From the human T2T-CHM13v2.0 reference genome, Homo sapiens: a stretch of 64,000 bases of DNA. Positions 11,424 to 24,734 of this stretch are shown here, in pieces. The notes under the pieces are model-generated. The model did no database searches. It worked only from the letters and a program-made list of their open reading frames with translations, and was not told where the DNA came from. The stretch lies in NCBI RefSeq assembly GCF_009914755.1, contig NC_060935.1. The stretch is one strand, 5' to 3'. The stretch's first letter is position 1; each line of letters opens with the position of its first letter. A program made the translations under genes and the position numbers.

Positions 11424-11888
11424 CATGCCCTCTTCAGGGAAATCCTGTCTTCCCACATCTATCAATGTGATGATTTAGCCCTAGGTTACAAGGACACCAC
11501 GTCTTTGATCACAGTAATTAGTTCAGCTATGGGCACATGATTGAGGCTGGGCCAAGTAGGATTATACCTGAAATTTTTGCTGTAAGTGTTGATAATAAGG
11601 TGATCTCTTCTCACACTCTTTAACAACTAAGATTACAAAGCTGAAGTTGTTGGTGGTTACCATAAAAAAAGAAAATGTATTTCAGAATGAAGCCAAGATA
11701 CAGAACGGAAAGCCACGCTAGAAATGGATAGTGTTTCCATGCCAATATTTGGGCCTCTAGGTCTAATCATTCCTGAAGTCAGATGCACCACTCTGTTTTC
11801 CAGGTACATAAGCCAACAATACCTTTATTTATTATATGAATTTAAGCTGCTTTTCTACTACTTGCAATCAACAAATGCCAATCTTACA
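11424..11888 (+). mobile_element. Old MaLR LTR (MLT1J/K-like)
   Basis: gggcacatgattgaggctgggccaa...gaatgaagccaag...tcctgaagtcag...cttgcaatcaacaaatgccaatcttaca. Confidence 0.65.
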
Positions 11889-13239
11889 TGAAGGATATAA
11901 AATGCAGGTCCCTTACAAGACATGAATTTTACCATTGGTGCCACCACATTAAGTTATTTTCCACCCAAGTATCAAAGAAAAACTAGCTTTCAAAGAAGTT
12001 GTATTTACCTTGAGGAGATTTAAATGTCTTGGCCTGCAATTTAGGACTAGAAGAGCTTAAAACTGCCTTCACTCTCAAAAAGATAAACCTAGTAGAAATC
12101 TGGGTACAGTGCATATTCCAACACCTTCTTTGGATAGAGTGTGAAATACACGGCTGTGTACTTTGGTTTAGGTGATTTTCAGTTCTGTTTACCCAGTCTA
12201 GCAAATGAAGTTATTCACTTAAGTTGACCATGTCTGTCTTACCATATTGAAGAAAGAAAATTTTCATATTTTCCTCTATGGTCTGTGCATGTACTATATG
12301 GTACACTGTGCTATGTAGTACAGTGAGTAATGAGGGGAAAATGAAACATTTTACATTTCCTTAATGTGCCAAATAAACCTTTTAAAATAGTTACATAAGG
12401 CATCATACCCTGATACAGCAAGATTTTCATTTTTCTAGAATAAATATATCTCAGAAAGAGTCCAGTAGCATATTGCTCATCTCAAAAAGTCTTCACATAA
12501 GAAGCAGTTTCTTTAAATCTGATTGGTAAGCTGGCTATGAGTCAGCCAACAGGGAGTTCACATGCCTGTCATACTTTATCAGGAAGAAATATTTGAGCTA
12601 ATTTATATTACAGAAATCTCACTGGTATAGATTTTACTGGAATCAGTTCTTCAGAGAAGAAATTAAAAGTTTTCTCTCTAAATCAATAGGAATTCTCAAG
12701 CCTGAAACTTTCCTGAATTTAGAACATGTAACTAGTCTTTGAATACAAACTGAACTCTTTGACAATAGGTTGTGAAATAGTGCCTGTATACATACATAGA
12801 AAATATACACACAGACAGACACACATTTATAAGAATAACTGACATTTGAGGTCTACTTACATTTACTCATGCATATTTACCTCTGGGTCTTTGTCAATTT
12901 CTCCCATTGCTTTTATATCAGTAAGGAATTAAAACAGAAGTGCTTGCCTGCAGTCAATTCTTAATATTCCATTGATTCTGCTTATCTCAAGTAACTATTT
13001 TTGCTACTATTCAATCTTCAAATGAAAAGCAATTTTCTGTATTATAAGTGATCCAATTCTACTGTTTAAATGTCCAAATTGATTTGACAGTTATTCTCAT
13101 TACTTCAGCTTTTAAAATAATGAAATACACAGCCTCCCGAGTGGCTGGCCAATAACTGTCATTTAATCAATTTCCAAAAATATATATGTTTGTTGAACAC
13201 AGATCCCTTTCCTCCTAATTTTTCTTTTACTCAAAGTTA

Positions 13240-13790
13240 TTCCTTACAGCCATTATTCATTTTGGTACTTGTCTTATCCCAAATGTGGCCTGTGGCAGCC
13301 CCTTCAAGCTAGCTCCTGCCCTTTTGATATGCCCCCATAATTATTTAAGCACTACCTTGCTTTTTCGCATAACATGAGATTTGGTCTTTTTTCTGATACA
13401 TACCTGACATCAGCCACTTATTTCTCCAAGGAACTCTGCTGTGGAGAATAATATTTAGAAATTAAGATCTGACTGCTAGGGGCATGCTCATGACAACCAT
13501 AGTTTTATTTCCTTTAAATCCTGTAAGTGGACAGAGCTGAAGAAATGTATTTTAAATAAATATTAACATTGACAATTTATACCTTAATGTAATATTTGCT
13601 TTCCTCACATTACCCCATGGCATGTTTGTATTTTTCTTCTCCTACTGTCACAATCTTAGTTCCCCCAAACATCAACGTATGTAAGTCATTTGTTCAGCTT
13701 TATAACATAAAATGGTTATACAAAAATGGTTTATACACAAAATGGCTTCAGAATTACTACATCAAGACCATAATCAGCTCTTCTTTAAAA
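13240..13790 (-). mobile_element. L1MC-type fragment
   Basis: ccccttcaagctagctcctg...atcagccac...ttctccaaggaactctg...atttagaaattaagatctg, similar to the element at ~54.3 kb. Confidence 0.6.
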
Positions 13791-13829
13791 AAAGAAAAAG
13801 AGTATCAAGTCATACATGTAGAAGAAATA

Positions 13830-16266
13830 ATATAATTAGAAAATCTACGTTCTGTAATTAACAGTGTAATAATTGAGTCAAGTGAGGAACACTGACAGAT
13901 CCTAAAACTATTTGGTACAAGCTTATTGGAGAATCCACTTAATCCCAAAGTATCACCATATTTTAATTAATAATAACTTAATTATGCATTAATTACAAAA
14001 AGTGGAAAGTACCTTTACAATGGGGAGGTATGCGAGATATAAATAGAGGTGGCCAAGTTACCAAATGGCCAATGATAAAACCAACTGACCTTACAGGTCT
14101 CCTGATGTGATTCAACTGGAAGGGCACATTATGTTTATAGTATTTTTACCAAAATAACGAAAATTTAATTCTGAATCTGTTCATGAGGAAAAACTGGAAA
14201 AATAAGATTGGAGGCATTTTACAATACCACTGATCTAGAATCTTTAAAAATGTCAACTGTTCTAGAATAAAAGGGCAGTACAACTTCAAACCATACTACA
14301 AGGCTACAGTAACCAAAACAGCAGATATTAATAGGAAATGATTCAAATAAGAGTCCAGGACCTTTCATGGAATAAATAAGAAAAGAATCAGAAAATAAAA
14401 TGATACTTAATATCAATAAAATACTTAAATGTGTTGGTTACTTAAAATGCTTAAAATAGTTGAAATACACACAAAGCAATGGAACAGAATAAAGAGCCCA
14501 GAAATAGTGCTACACACCTGCAACCATCTGATCTTAATATCAATAAAATACTTAAATATGATTTAAGTATTTGCTTAATTTTGTAAAAAGAAATGATCTT
14601 CAACAAAGTCAACAAAAACAAGCACTGGCAAAAAGATGCCTGTTCAATAAATGGTGCTGGAATAACTGGCTAGCCATATACAGAAGATTGAGACTCGACC
14701 TCTTCCTTACACCATATATAAAAATCAACTCAAGATGGATTAAAGACTTAAATGTAAACCCTAAGACTATAAAAACTCCTGAAGATAACACAGAAAATAC
14801 CATTTTGGACATAGGACCTGGCAAACAGTTAATGACAAAGACACCAAGAGCTTCTTCACAGCAAAATAAACTATCAACAGAATAAACAGACAACCTACAG
14901 AGTGGAAAATATATCTGCAAGCTATGCATCTGACGAAGGTATAATATTCAGCATTTATAAGGAATTTAAACAAATTAACATGCAAAAAGCAAACAACCCC
15001 ATTAAAAAGTGGGCAAAGGACATCAACAGATACTTTTCAAAAGAAGACATACATGCAGCCAACAAGCATATGAAAACAGGCTTCATATCACTAATCATCA
15101 GATAAATGCAAATCAAAACCACAGTGAGATACTATCTCACACCAGTCAGAATGGCTATTACCAAAAGTTAAAAAAAAACAGATGCTGGCAAGATTGCAGA
15201 GAAAAGGGAATTCTCATGCAAGGCTGGTGGGAATGTAAGTTAGTTCAACCACTGTGGAAAGCAGTGCGGCAATTTCTCAAAGAACTTAAAGCAGAACTAC
15301 CTTTTGACCCAGCAATCTCATTACTGGCTATATCCCCAAAGGAATAGAAATCATTCTACCATAAAGACACATGCATGCATATGTTCATCACAGCAATATT
15401 CACAATAGCAAATACATGGAATCAACCTAAATCCCCATCAATGATAGACTGGATAAAGAAAATGTGGCATATACACACTGTGGAACACTACACAGCCATA
15501 AAAAGAATAAGATCACGTCCTTGGCAGCAACATGGATGGAGCAGAGGCCATTATCCTAAGCAAACATATGAACAGAAAACAAAATACCATGTGTTCTTAC
15601 TTCTAAGTAGGAGCTAAACATTGAGTATGCGTGGACATAAAGAAGGAAACAACAGACACCAGGGCCTACCTGTGGACGGAGAGTGGAAGGAGGGTGAGGA
15701 TTGAAAAACTACTTATCAGGTACTTATTACCTTATTTTGTCACTGCCTGGGTGACAAAATTGTCTGTACACCAAATTCCCATGACATGCAATTTAGCTGT
15801 ATCACAGACCTGCACATGTACTCCTGAACCTAAAATAAGCTTTAAAAAAATGAATAAAGAAAGTAAAACAACACGGCAACCTGAGGTAATGCATGACTCT
15901 TGGTTGGATAAACAAGAATAAAACAATAATCAAAAGAAAAGAGAAAAACACTACTACGAAGAAAAGGAATTTTTCACATGGACTATTTTGGATAATATTT
16001 ATCTATGTTCTTTCTTTGGTGAAATCATGGTACTGTATTTAGGAGAATGTCCTTGTTCTTAGGTGAATAGGCATTTCAGTGTGAAGTGTTATGATGTCTA
16101 CAATATACAAATGGCTCAGCAAAAATAAAAATGAAAAGGGAAAGAGAAAGAAAAATCAAGTGTGACAAAAAGTTAACAATTGGGGAATCTAGGTGAAGAG
16201 TATAGGATGTTCATTGTGCTAATCTTGAAACTGTCTATAGATTTGACATTTTTCAAAATAAAAAGA
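13830..16266 (+). mobile_element. L1MC/L1ME 3' region, split by a younger L1 (pieces ~13830-14275 and ~15860-16266)
   Basis: ggagaatgtccttgttcttagg...gaatctaggtgaagagtata...ttttcaaaataaaaag terminus. Confidence 0.65.
14281..15850 (+). mobile_element. 5'-truncated L1PA15/16-like LINE-1 (ORF2 C-terminal remnant plus 3'UTR)
   Basis: ORF2-like peptides ([23 protein letters not shown]); 3'UTR gggtgaggattgaaaaactac...cctgaacctaaaataa. Confidence 0.92.
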
Positions 16267-17129
16267 GGAAAAAACCCTCAACTCTTCATTCTGGTAAGCT
16301 ATATTTCAGCTCAAGAAAAATACTATGTGTCAGCCTCCTTCACAAGTCACTTAAACAGATTTTGTTATTTCTCCTTAATTGGCCAAACTTGTTTTTAATA
16401 AACCCACAAGATAGTTTCCGATTAAATAACAGAGAAGAGTCAAATAAAAGAAACATGGCATCTGTGATCCAAACGGAAAAAAAATCGTCTGTCAAAATAT
16501 TATTTTATGTTGTGTCTTTGTTGTGCTCAGCAAGTCATGCCACTTTGTTATTTTTTTAAAGCCCAGTTAGAAAAGTTTAAATTTATTTTAAAAGGACATG
16601 TCAAGCAAATCCCAGCAGGGTTTGTTCTCATCAATTTGTGTCTTTCATAAAGCTGCATTTTGTTCTGATTAAATGTGTTTTTAAATTTTTTAGCCTGAGC
16701 ATAAAAATCTGGTTAAAAATTAGCTGGTAAGTTGAAAGACTGATAAAGCTGTTATTTTCAAAATATACGTGCTAATTTGGAACATCTTGATTCTTATTAT
16801 GGAAATGGATAAGAGAAGGAAGGGTGAAGTTAGAGTGATTTACAAGTTGGTTCCCAGAAAATTCTCCTCTTATGAAAAGGATGTGGCCTGAATGTGTATT
16901 GTATGTCTTCACTGTTCCATTTTGTAAATTTTGGATTTTCCATAAAGAAGAGAAAGGGCACAGGAGCTGGAGCATGTAACTCAGAAGGAAAAATTCATCT
17001 CCTCCTCACCTAGCACTGAATGTTTGACCTAATGGAAGTTTCTTGCAAAGGGTTTTGATACCAATATGTTCCTGAGTCTAGAAGGGGAGTCACAGGTGAA
17101 GCCACAAAGAAGGCGGCAAAGCCTTTACT

Positions 17130-17292
17130 CTAAGTACTCACTCCTTGAGGTTTGGACCAAGCACGAGCACCACTCAGGAGCTTGTTAAAAATATAGGGAC
17201 TCTGGCCTCACTTTAACACTGATGTATGAAAATCTGCATTTTAATTAGATCCTCCAGTGATTCATTTGTCTATTAAAATTTGAGAAGCACTG
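17130..17292. mobile_element. MER5A-like hAT-Charlie fossil
   Basis: ggagcttgttaaaaat...aatctgcattttaa...aaaatttgagaagcactg. Confidence 0.65.
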
Positions 17293-17368
17293 TTCTGAAA
17301 GAAGTGGCTCTCTGCTTTAGCTACTATGCTGTAGAATCACCTAGGAATTCAAACTTTCTTAAGCCTGA

Positions 17369-17816
17369 TGTAGCGGGCCAAACTGTGTCTCCTCAAAAAA
17401 GACTTATGTTCAAGTCCTAACCCCCATACTTATGATGGTGACCTGATTGGAAATAAAGTCTTTGCAATGTCATCAAGGTGATTTAGGGTGGATCCTAAAT
17501 CTAACTGGTTTAGTTATAAGAGAAAGAAGGTAATTTGGATACAGAGACACAGGGATAGAGAAGACAGCCATGCAGCAGCAGAGGCAGAGATTGGAATGAT
17601 GCAACTACAAGTCAAGGTATGCTTAAGAGTGCTGGCAACTACCAGAAGCTAGGGAGAAGCAAGAATGGATCCTTCCGTCAGAGGCTTGAGAGGGTGCATG
17701 GCCCTGCTGACTCTTTGATCTCAGTTTCCAGCCTCCAGAACTGTGAGAGAATACATTTCTGTTGTTTTAAGCCACCACGTTTGTGGCAATTCTGGTAGCC
17801 CTAGGATACTAATACA
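17369..17816 (+). mobile_element. MLT1B/C MaLR solo LTR inserted in a second MER5-like fossil (~17302-17920)
   Basis: TG...CA ends; tatgttcaagtcctaacccc, ccagaagctagg, cctccagaactgtgagagaatacatttctgttgttttaagccacc. Confidence 0.88.
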
Positions 17817-18597
17817 CTTGTGTCTTGCTTCGAGAAATCTTGATTTCATTGTTCTGTGGCATAGCCTGAGCATTTTGAAGTACAGAGATTCTTATATAGG
17901 GCCAACGTCGAGACCCACTACTCCGTGTTTGAAACAGCTAAGAAGGCAGTTTCCTACCTAAGTCTTAGAAAAAGTCAAGGGAATTAGAGAGTGATGAAAA
18001 AAATATTGTAACTTAGTAAAGATTAAAGCTAAGTGTTACTAGGTGTTTTTCTTAAAATCATGCTCAAAATAGTATACATACACAGCACATAGCATTCAAA
18101 TTTATATATAATAATGTCCATTGTTTTGCTTTGAAGATTAACACAGCATTTTAATAGAAAACATAACAATTCGTTGGAATCAGATCGACTCATATCATTA
18201 CACCTGCAAGAGGGTTGTCATTGTGTTACAGGGCCAGGCTTTTCTATTCATCTGCTAGCAGATTAGTGCTTTGGGGGAAAGAAATAGTCCATTATATTGA
18301 TTCTACAAATCAAGTCCCAGGAGTTAATACAAATGTCTAGTCCACAGTCCTGATCTTTTCCACATTCATGAAATGTAAGCCTAATTTGAGAATTCTGCTA
18401 TAAACATTCTCAAGTATAATATTTATTATTTACAGGAATTTTACAGGAACATTGATGAGAACCCATTAAATGTGTTATAAACAACACATTATTATTAGAA
18501 AAGAAAGAATTTTAAACAGCCAACCTGATTCACACTATACAGTAGCAGAATTCTCAGTTTACTTATGTATTGAAAAGTATCTGAAAAATAAGGTTCA

Positions 18598-18998
<401 letters not shown>

Positions 18999-19579
18999 TC
19001 ATATTTATGTGGTATCCACACAGATGTGTGAGACTCCCAGTCCTTGACCCAAACAAGTGTAAAACTATAGAAAAACATCTGGGAAGATTATGCACTAGAT
19101 AGTAGGGTTAATGGTGGATTTTTAAAAGTTCTTACTTTATTCTACTTACCCATATTTTCTAGCTTTTCTCCCATAAACAAGTAGAGCATTTTTAATTAAA
19201 AAAATAGGATTGTTTTACATTTTTAATAAAAGGGCCAAAAGCAAGGAACACATTATCAGATAAATATTGATGTGAGTTTCTAAGTCAAGCCACACACCCT
19301 GGATATAATAAGCTTAGAATTAGCCATGAATGTTAAACTGAGAGAAAATGCCCCAAATGTGATTTATTTCCAACCATCAAGATTATTGCTACTTCCTTCC
19401 ATGAGTTATATCTGTAGCAAACATTCTAAACTTTCCTAGAGAAAAGCTAAATTAAATTAACAGTAAGTTGATAAATTAATGCATCTAAATTTTGCAGTTA
19501 CAACTCGGTAGGGAGAGAAGCATACACCACCACCCCAGCCCATATTGGATGCTAGTAGTTGAAAAAGGGAAGGAAGCTA

Positions 19580-19770
19580 GAATTTAATGGAACACTTGAT
19601 CATGGAAGGCAATATAATAGAAACTTTGTAAATAAAAGCCCTTTCAATTACTGCAACTGCCATATGAGGTAGATAATGAAAGTGAAGCTCAGAGACTCTT
19701 GAGTCACGCATGGTCAAAATTTAAGTGGCAGAGCTGTGTCTTAACACCACACTTTCTGATTTATAGTTCA
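19580..19770 (-). mobile_element. MIR SINE
   Basis: tatgaggtagataatgaaagtgaagctcagaga...aagtggcagagctg. Confidence 0.5.
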
Positions 19771-20096
19771 GAAAGGGCTTAAATTTTAAGCTCAGAATGC
19801 AATGATGTGCATGAAGGGCCAAGGATGAGGATTTCCACAGGGTTCTTTTAATGTTAAGTTTAATGGGACACTGCTGAACAACAAAAAAATGCTAAGAAAA
19901 AAAAAAACAGGATAAAGAAACTAAGGTGTAAGAAAGAGTAGCAAAATGCAAAAAAAAAAATAGTTTAAAGGATTAAAAGGCAAATTAAAAAGAGAATCAT
20001 GACTTAGTTAGTTTTAGAAGGTAGTAAGTTAGGCAAACTATGATGCATCAAGTCAAAACACTATAGAAAAGAGGAAGAACAGTAAAGTGCCTATTG

Positions 20097-20695
20097 ACCT
20101 AAAGACAGAAATACCATTCGACCTAGCAATCCCATTACTGGGTATATACTGAAAGAAATATAAATCATCCTATTAATAAAGACACATGCACGCATATGTT
20201 CATTGCAGCACCATTCACAATAGCAAAGACATAGAATCAACCTAAATGCCTATCAGTGATAGACTGCTTAAAGAAAATGTGGTACATATATACCATGGAA
20301 TGCTACACAACCATAAAAATTAATGAGATCACGTCTTTTACAGGGACATGGATGGAGCTGGAGACCATTATCCTTAGCAAACTAATGTAGGATCAGAAAA
20401 CCAAATACTCTCACTTAGAAGCAGGAGCTAAATGATGAGGACACATGGACACATAAAGAGGAACAACACACACTGGGGCCTATCATAGGGTAGAGGGTGG
20501 GAGGAGGGAGAGGATCCGGAAAAATAACTAATGGGTAGTAGGCTTAATACCTGTGTGACGAAATAATCTGAACAACAAACCCCCATAAGACCAGTTTACC
20601 TATTTAACAAAACTGCACATGTACCCCTGAATGTAAAAGTTCAAAAAGGAAAAATAAAAACACACAAACTGATTAACACCAAAGGAAACCCCCCA
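20097..20695 (+). mobile_element. 5'-truncated L1PA13-like LINE-1
   Basis: 3'UTR ggagaggatccggaaaaataactaatgggtagtaggcttaatacc; perfect TSD AAAGTGCCTATTG at 20084-20096 and 20696-20708. Confidence 0.93.
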
Positions 20696-20949
20696 AAAGT
20701 GCCTATTGTTAGTATGTGATATGTGTGTTTACTGATAAATAATTGTGATATTCTTTGAAGTGCCACATTTTCATATCAACATTAAATGGTATTAAAGGTG
20801 ACAGCAGTAGCAAGGCAGGGAATTCCATAGCCTAAAGTGCATGAAGAAGAGAATATAATTAAGAGGCACTCTATTTGTCTAACAGAACCCTAGAGATTAA
20901 TAGAATTTTGCATCACCTGTTATTAGAGAGGGCAAGAATGAGATGCAAT

Positions 20950-23184
20950 AATAAAATCACGAATCAAATTAGAAACAAAAGGAAACTTTCTCTACCTGAT
21001 AAACGGAAGCTATGAAAAACACACAGCTAACATCATACTTAATAGTGAAAAATGGAAAGCCTTCCTCCTAAGATCAGGAACAAGACAAGGATATCCACTC
21101 TGCCACTTCTTTCAACATTGTATTGAAGGTCCCAGTCAAGGCAACTAGTCAATAAAAAGAAATAAAAGGTATTCAGATTAGAAAGAAGAAGCACAACCAC
21201 TTCTATTTGCAGATGACATAATCTTGTATCTAGAAAATCCTAAGGAATTTACAAAAAAAAAAAAAAACTGTTAGAGCCAATACACAAATCACAAATTTCA
21301 GCAAATTTTCAGGATATGAGATCAATGTGCACAAATCAGTTGTGTTTCTACAACTATCAATGAACAACCTGAAAATGAAGTTAATAAAGTAGTGTCGTGG
21401 AAATAGCATAAAAATAATAAAATATTTAGAAATAAATTTATAAAAGAAGCATAAGATTTTTACATTGAAAACTATAAAATATCATTTAAAAAATTAGAGA
21501 AGACCAAATAAATAGACAGCCATCCTCTGTTTATGGATTGGAAGCCTTACTATTGTTTAAATGATAATACTCTCCAAATTAATCTACAAATTCAATGCAA
21601 GCCTTATTTGACCTATCAAAATCCAAGCTGCCATTTTTGCAGAAATTGAAAAATTGATCCTAATATTCATGTGGCAATGCAAGGGGCCTGGAATAGCCAC
21701 AACAATCTCGAAAAAGAAGAACAAAGTTAGAGGACTCCCACATCCTATTTCAAAACTCACTACAAATCTACAGTAATGAAGACTGCATAGTGATAATATA
21801 GAGACAGACATATTTATCAAGAGAATAGAATTGAGAATTTGGAAATAAACCCATATATCTATGGTCCATTGATTTTCCAACAACAATGCTAAGACAATTT
21901 AATGAGAAAAGAATGGTCTTTTCAATAAGTAGTGCTGGGACAACTGTATATCCACGTGTAAAAATATGAAGTTGAAACCCTACCTCCTACTATATATAAA
22001 AACTTAAATGAATCAAATACCTAAATGTAGGAGCTGAAACGATAAAACTCTTAGAAAAAAATCATAGGCAAGAATCTTTATAATCTTGTATTAGGAAATG
22101 ATTTCTTAGATTTGAGACCAGGAGCACACCAACAAAAGAAAAATAAGGAAGCCAGACATCCACAAAATTAAAATAGTTTATCCTTCAAATGGCACCATTA
22201 ATAAAGTGAAAAGGCAACCCACAGAATGGGAGAAAATTTTGCAAATTATATGTCGGTTAATAGACTTATATTTAGAATATATAAAGCACTCTTACAACTT
22301 AATAATAAGAAAATAACCCAATTAAAAATGGGCTAGTTTGGAATAGGCATTTCTTGAAATAAGATATATAAATAGTCAATAAGCATATGAAAAGATGCTC
22401 AACATCATTAATCATTAGGGAAATTCAAATCAGAGTCATGATGAGATACCATGTCACACCCACTAAGATTGATACAATTAAAATGACTGAAAATAACAAG
22501 TGTTGGTTGGAATGTGGAGAAATCGGAACCTTCATATATAGCAAGTGCAAATGTACAATGGTGTAGCCACTTTGGAAAAATGTGCAGCATTTTCTCAAAA
22601 TATTAATCATGGAGTTATTATGTGGCCTAGCAATTCTATTCCTAGGTATATGCCCATGAAAACATATGTCATGCAAAAACTTGTATACAATGTTCATAGA
22701 ATCGTTAATCACAATAGTTCATAAGTGTAAATAACCAAAAAGCATATCAACTGATGAATGGATAAAGCAAATATAGCATTCTTCATCTCTTTCTATATAA
22801 TGGAAAAAAGAAATGAAGTATTGATGCATGCTATTATGTGTATGATCTTTGAAAACACTACGCCATGTGAAAGAAGACAGACATCATATTGTATAATTCC
22901 ATTTTAAGAAATGTCCAGAATAGACATAGAGACAGAAGGTAGATAAGTAATTGTCAGGTTCTGGAGAGATGAAGGAATATGGAAGGACTGTTAATGTACA
23001 CACGAGTAATGTACACATGGGTAATTTGTGGGGAGGGGGAGGTGAAAATCCTTTAAAATTAGATAGTGGTGATGATGGTGATGGTTGTATAACTTTGAGT
23101 TTACTAAGGACACTTCACTGTTCACTTTACAAGTGATTTTATGATATGTGAATTTTATCTTAAAGTTTGTATTAAAAAATAAAA
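20950..23184 (+). mobile_element. L1MB-type LINE-1 (degenerate ORF2 RT/C-terminus plus 3'UTR)
   Basis: ctatttgcagatgacata (FADD motif) near 21203; 3' end ttaaaattagatagtggtgatg...tatgtgaattttatc. Confidence 0.9.
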
Positions 23185-23429
23185 CCATGAGGAGACCTTA
23201 CAGTGACCAGACAAAAAGAATACAATAATAGTAGAAAAGAATGTAATGCAAGGTTAAAATTCAATAGGTGAAACAGACCCACACATACTCCCCTCTTCTG
23301 CTTGTTCCCCTCTGCTGAAGACTTGACCACACATCATCTTCATTAGGCTGAAGACAGAGGGTTCTTCTGAAGATTAAATGGCCTCAGAGGAAAATAAACT
23401 CCTAACATTTGAGAGTGCACAATAATAAA

Positions 23430-24720
23430 AGTCATCTCCGCCTCTCTTTACAAATAAAACATACCAAGAAATGAAGCCCACAATTATGTGTATTTCCTTC
23501 CAAAACTAAGGGTCACCAAACATTTGACGAGTGTCTCCAACATGAGAGGCATTGGAGTTAAAATGGCATCATAAAGATAATATAAGAGAACTAAAGCAAC
23601 AAAAAACAAAACAAAACTGTGTAACTATAAAACAAGGGCAAAATACTATTTTTAAAAAGAATAATCAGAATGAATAAGAGCTCTTGGAAATAAATGACCC
23701 CCCCCCCCAAAATCAAGAACTAGAAGTCCAAAATTGTGGAAATCACCCAAAACTTGGAACAAAAAGACAAACAATATAGGAAAAACAAATGTGAGAGTCA
23801 TAGGAAATCAATACAGGACATTTAATACCTAGAAAAAGAAAACTAAGAAATTGGAAGATTTTTTAAAAGGGTTTTGTCATAGGTTAGCTTCCCAATGAGA
23901 TGGACCCTGAGACCCTGAAATTCTCAAGCAGCATGCTTCCTGGGGAATACTTTTGGGAAGACAACCTTTGAGAGGTGAAGAAAGTGGGACCAGGCAGAGA
24001 GAAAGAACTGCCCAATACAACTGGTTGGAGGCTTCAGATAATTTTATAGTTGGCATGACCTTTAGAATTGTTCCAGCTGAGGCAATATCCTCGGTATGTA
24101 GAACCACACACTGACCTGTCAATAGACGCAGGCTGCCCCCAAGATGGGGCATAACTTTGGGAAAGTCAATATGGGCAATTCCTGGGGTGGGGCTCAGTTG
24201 TGAGCCTTCAGCATCAACTTCCCCTAGCAAATGAATGCCTCAGTCTGGTAGGGGTCCTAAGTTACAGGCTAGCATCTTCTACAGGTTTAAAGATTAAAAC
24301 CAAGAAGATCTTCCAGAAGGTAGAACAAAAAGTCAAAGACAGAATATGAGAAAAGCATTCATAGGAGATCAATCCAGGAGACCAAATCCAGGAGTTCCTG
24401 ATAAAGAGAAGAAAATGCAAAGTCTTTTTTTAAAGTACAGATGATTTCCCAGATAAAAGATAAAAGTCTCCAGAATGAATTCATTTTATTGGGCACTTGA
24501 TAGGCTTTTTCAGTCTGGAGACTCAAGTCCTTTAGCTTTGAGAAATTATCTATATGTAAATATGTATAAAGTATATTTCCTGGGCCAGGCAGTAGATCTA
24601 GACCCACATTTAGGCAAGTTTTCTTAGAATATTTAGAACTAAAAAAAATTTTAAAAGGGCAAAAATTTAGTAGAAAAATGCATACTGTAAAAACTAAAAG
24701 CATCAAAGGTAGAAGATAAG
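23430..24720 (+). mobile_element. Very old L1/HAL1-like ORF1 remnants, interrupted by LTR16
   Basis: A-rich ORF1-like tracts (agaacaaaaagacaaa...ggagatcaatccaggaga); continuity across the LTR TSD. Confidence 0.45.
23875..24283 (-). mobile_element. ERVL solo LTR (LTR16-like)
   Basis: TG...CA ends; perfect 5-bp TSD GGTTT at 23870-23874 and 24284-24288; ctcagttgtgagccttcagca motif. Confidence 0.85.
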
Positions 24721-24734
24721 CGATAGAGTTGGGA

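Noticed and set aside
11983-12204. Minus-strand ORF with a CAAG|GTAAAT donor near 12008
   Set aside because: Weak acceptor, unrecognised peptide and no partner exons.
14571-15617. ORFs with L1 ORF2-like peptides (also 31020-35470 and 43984-44232)
   Set aside because: Broken fragments of dead LINE-1 copies, not genes.
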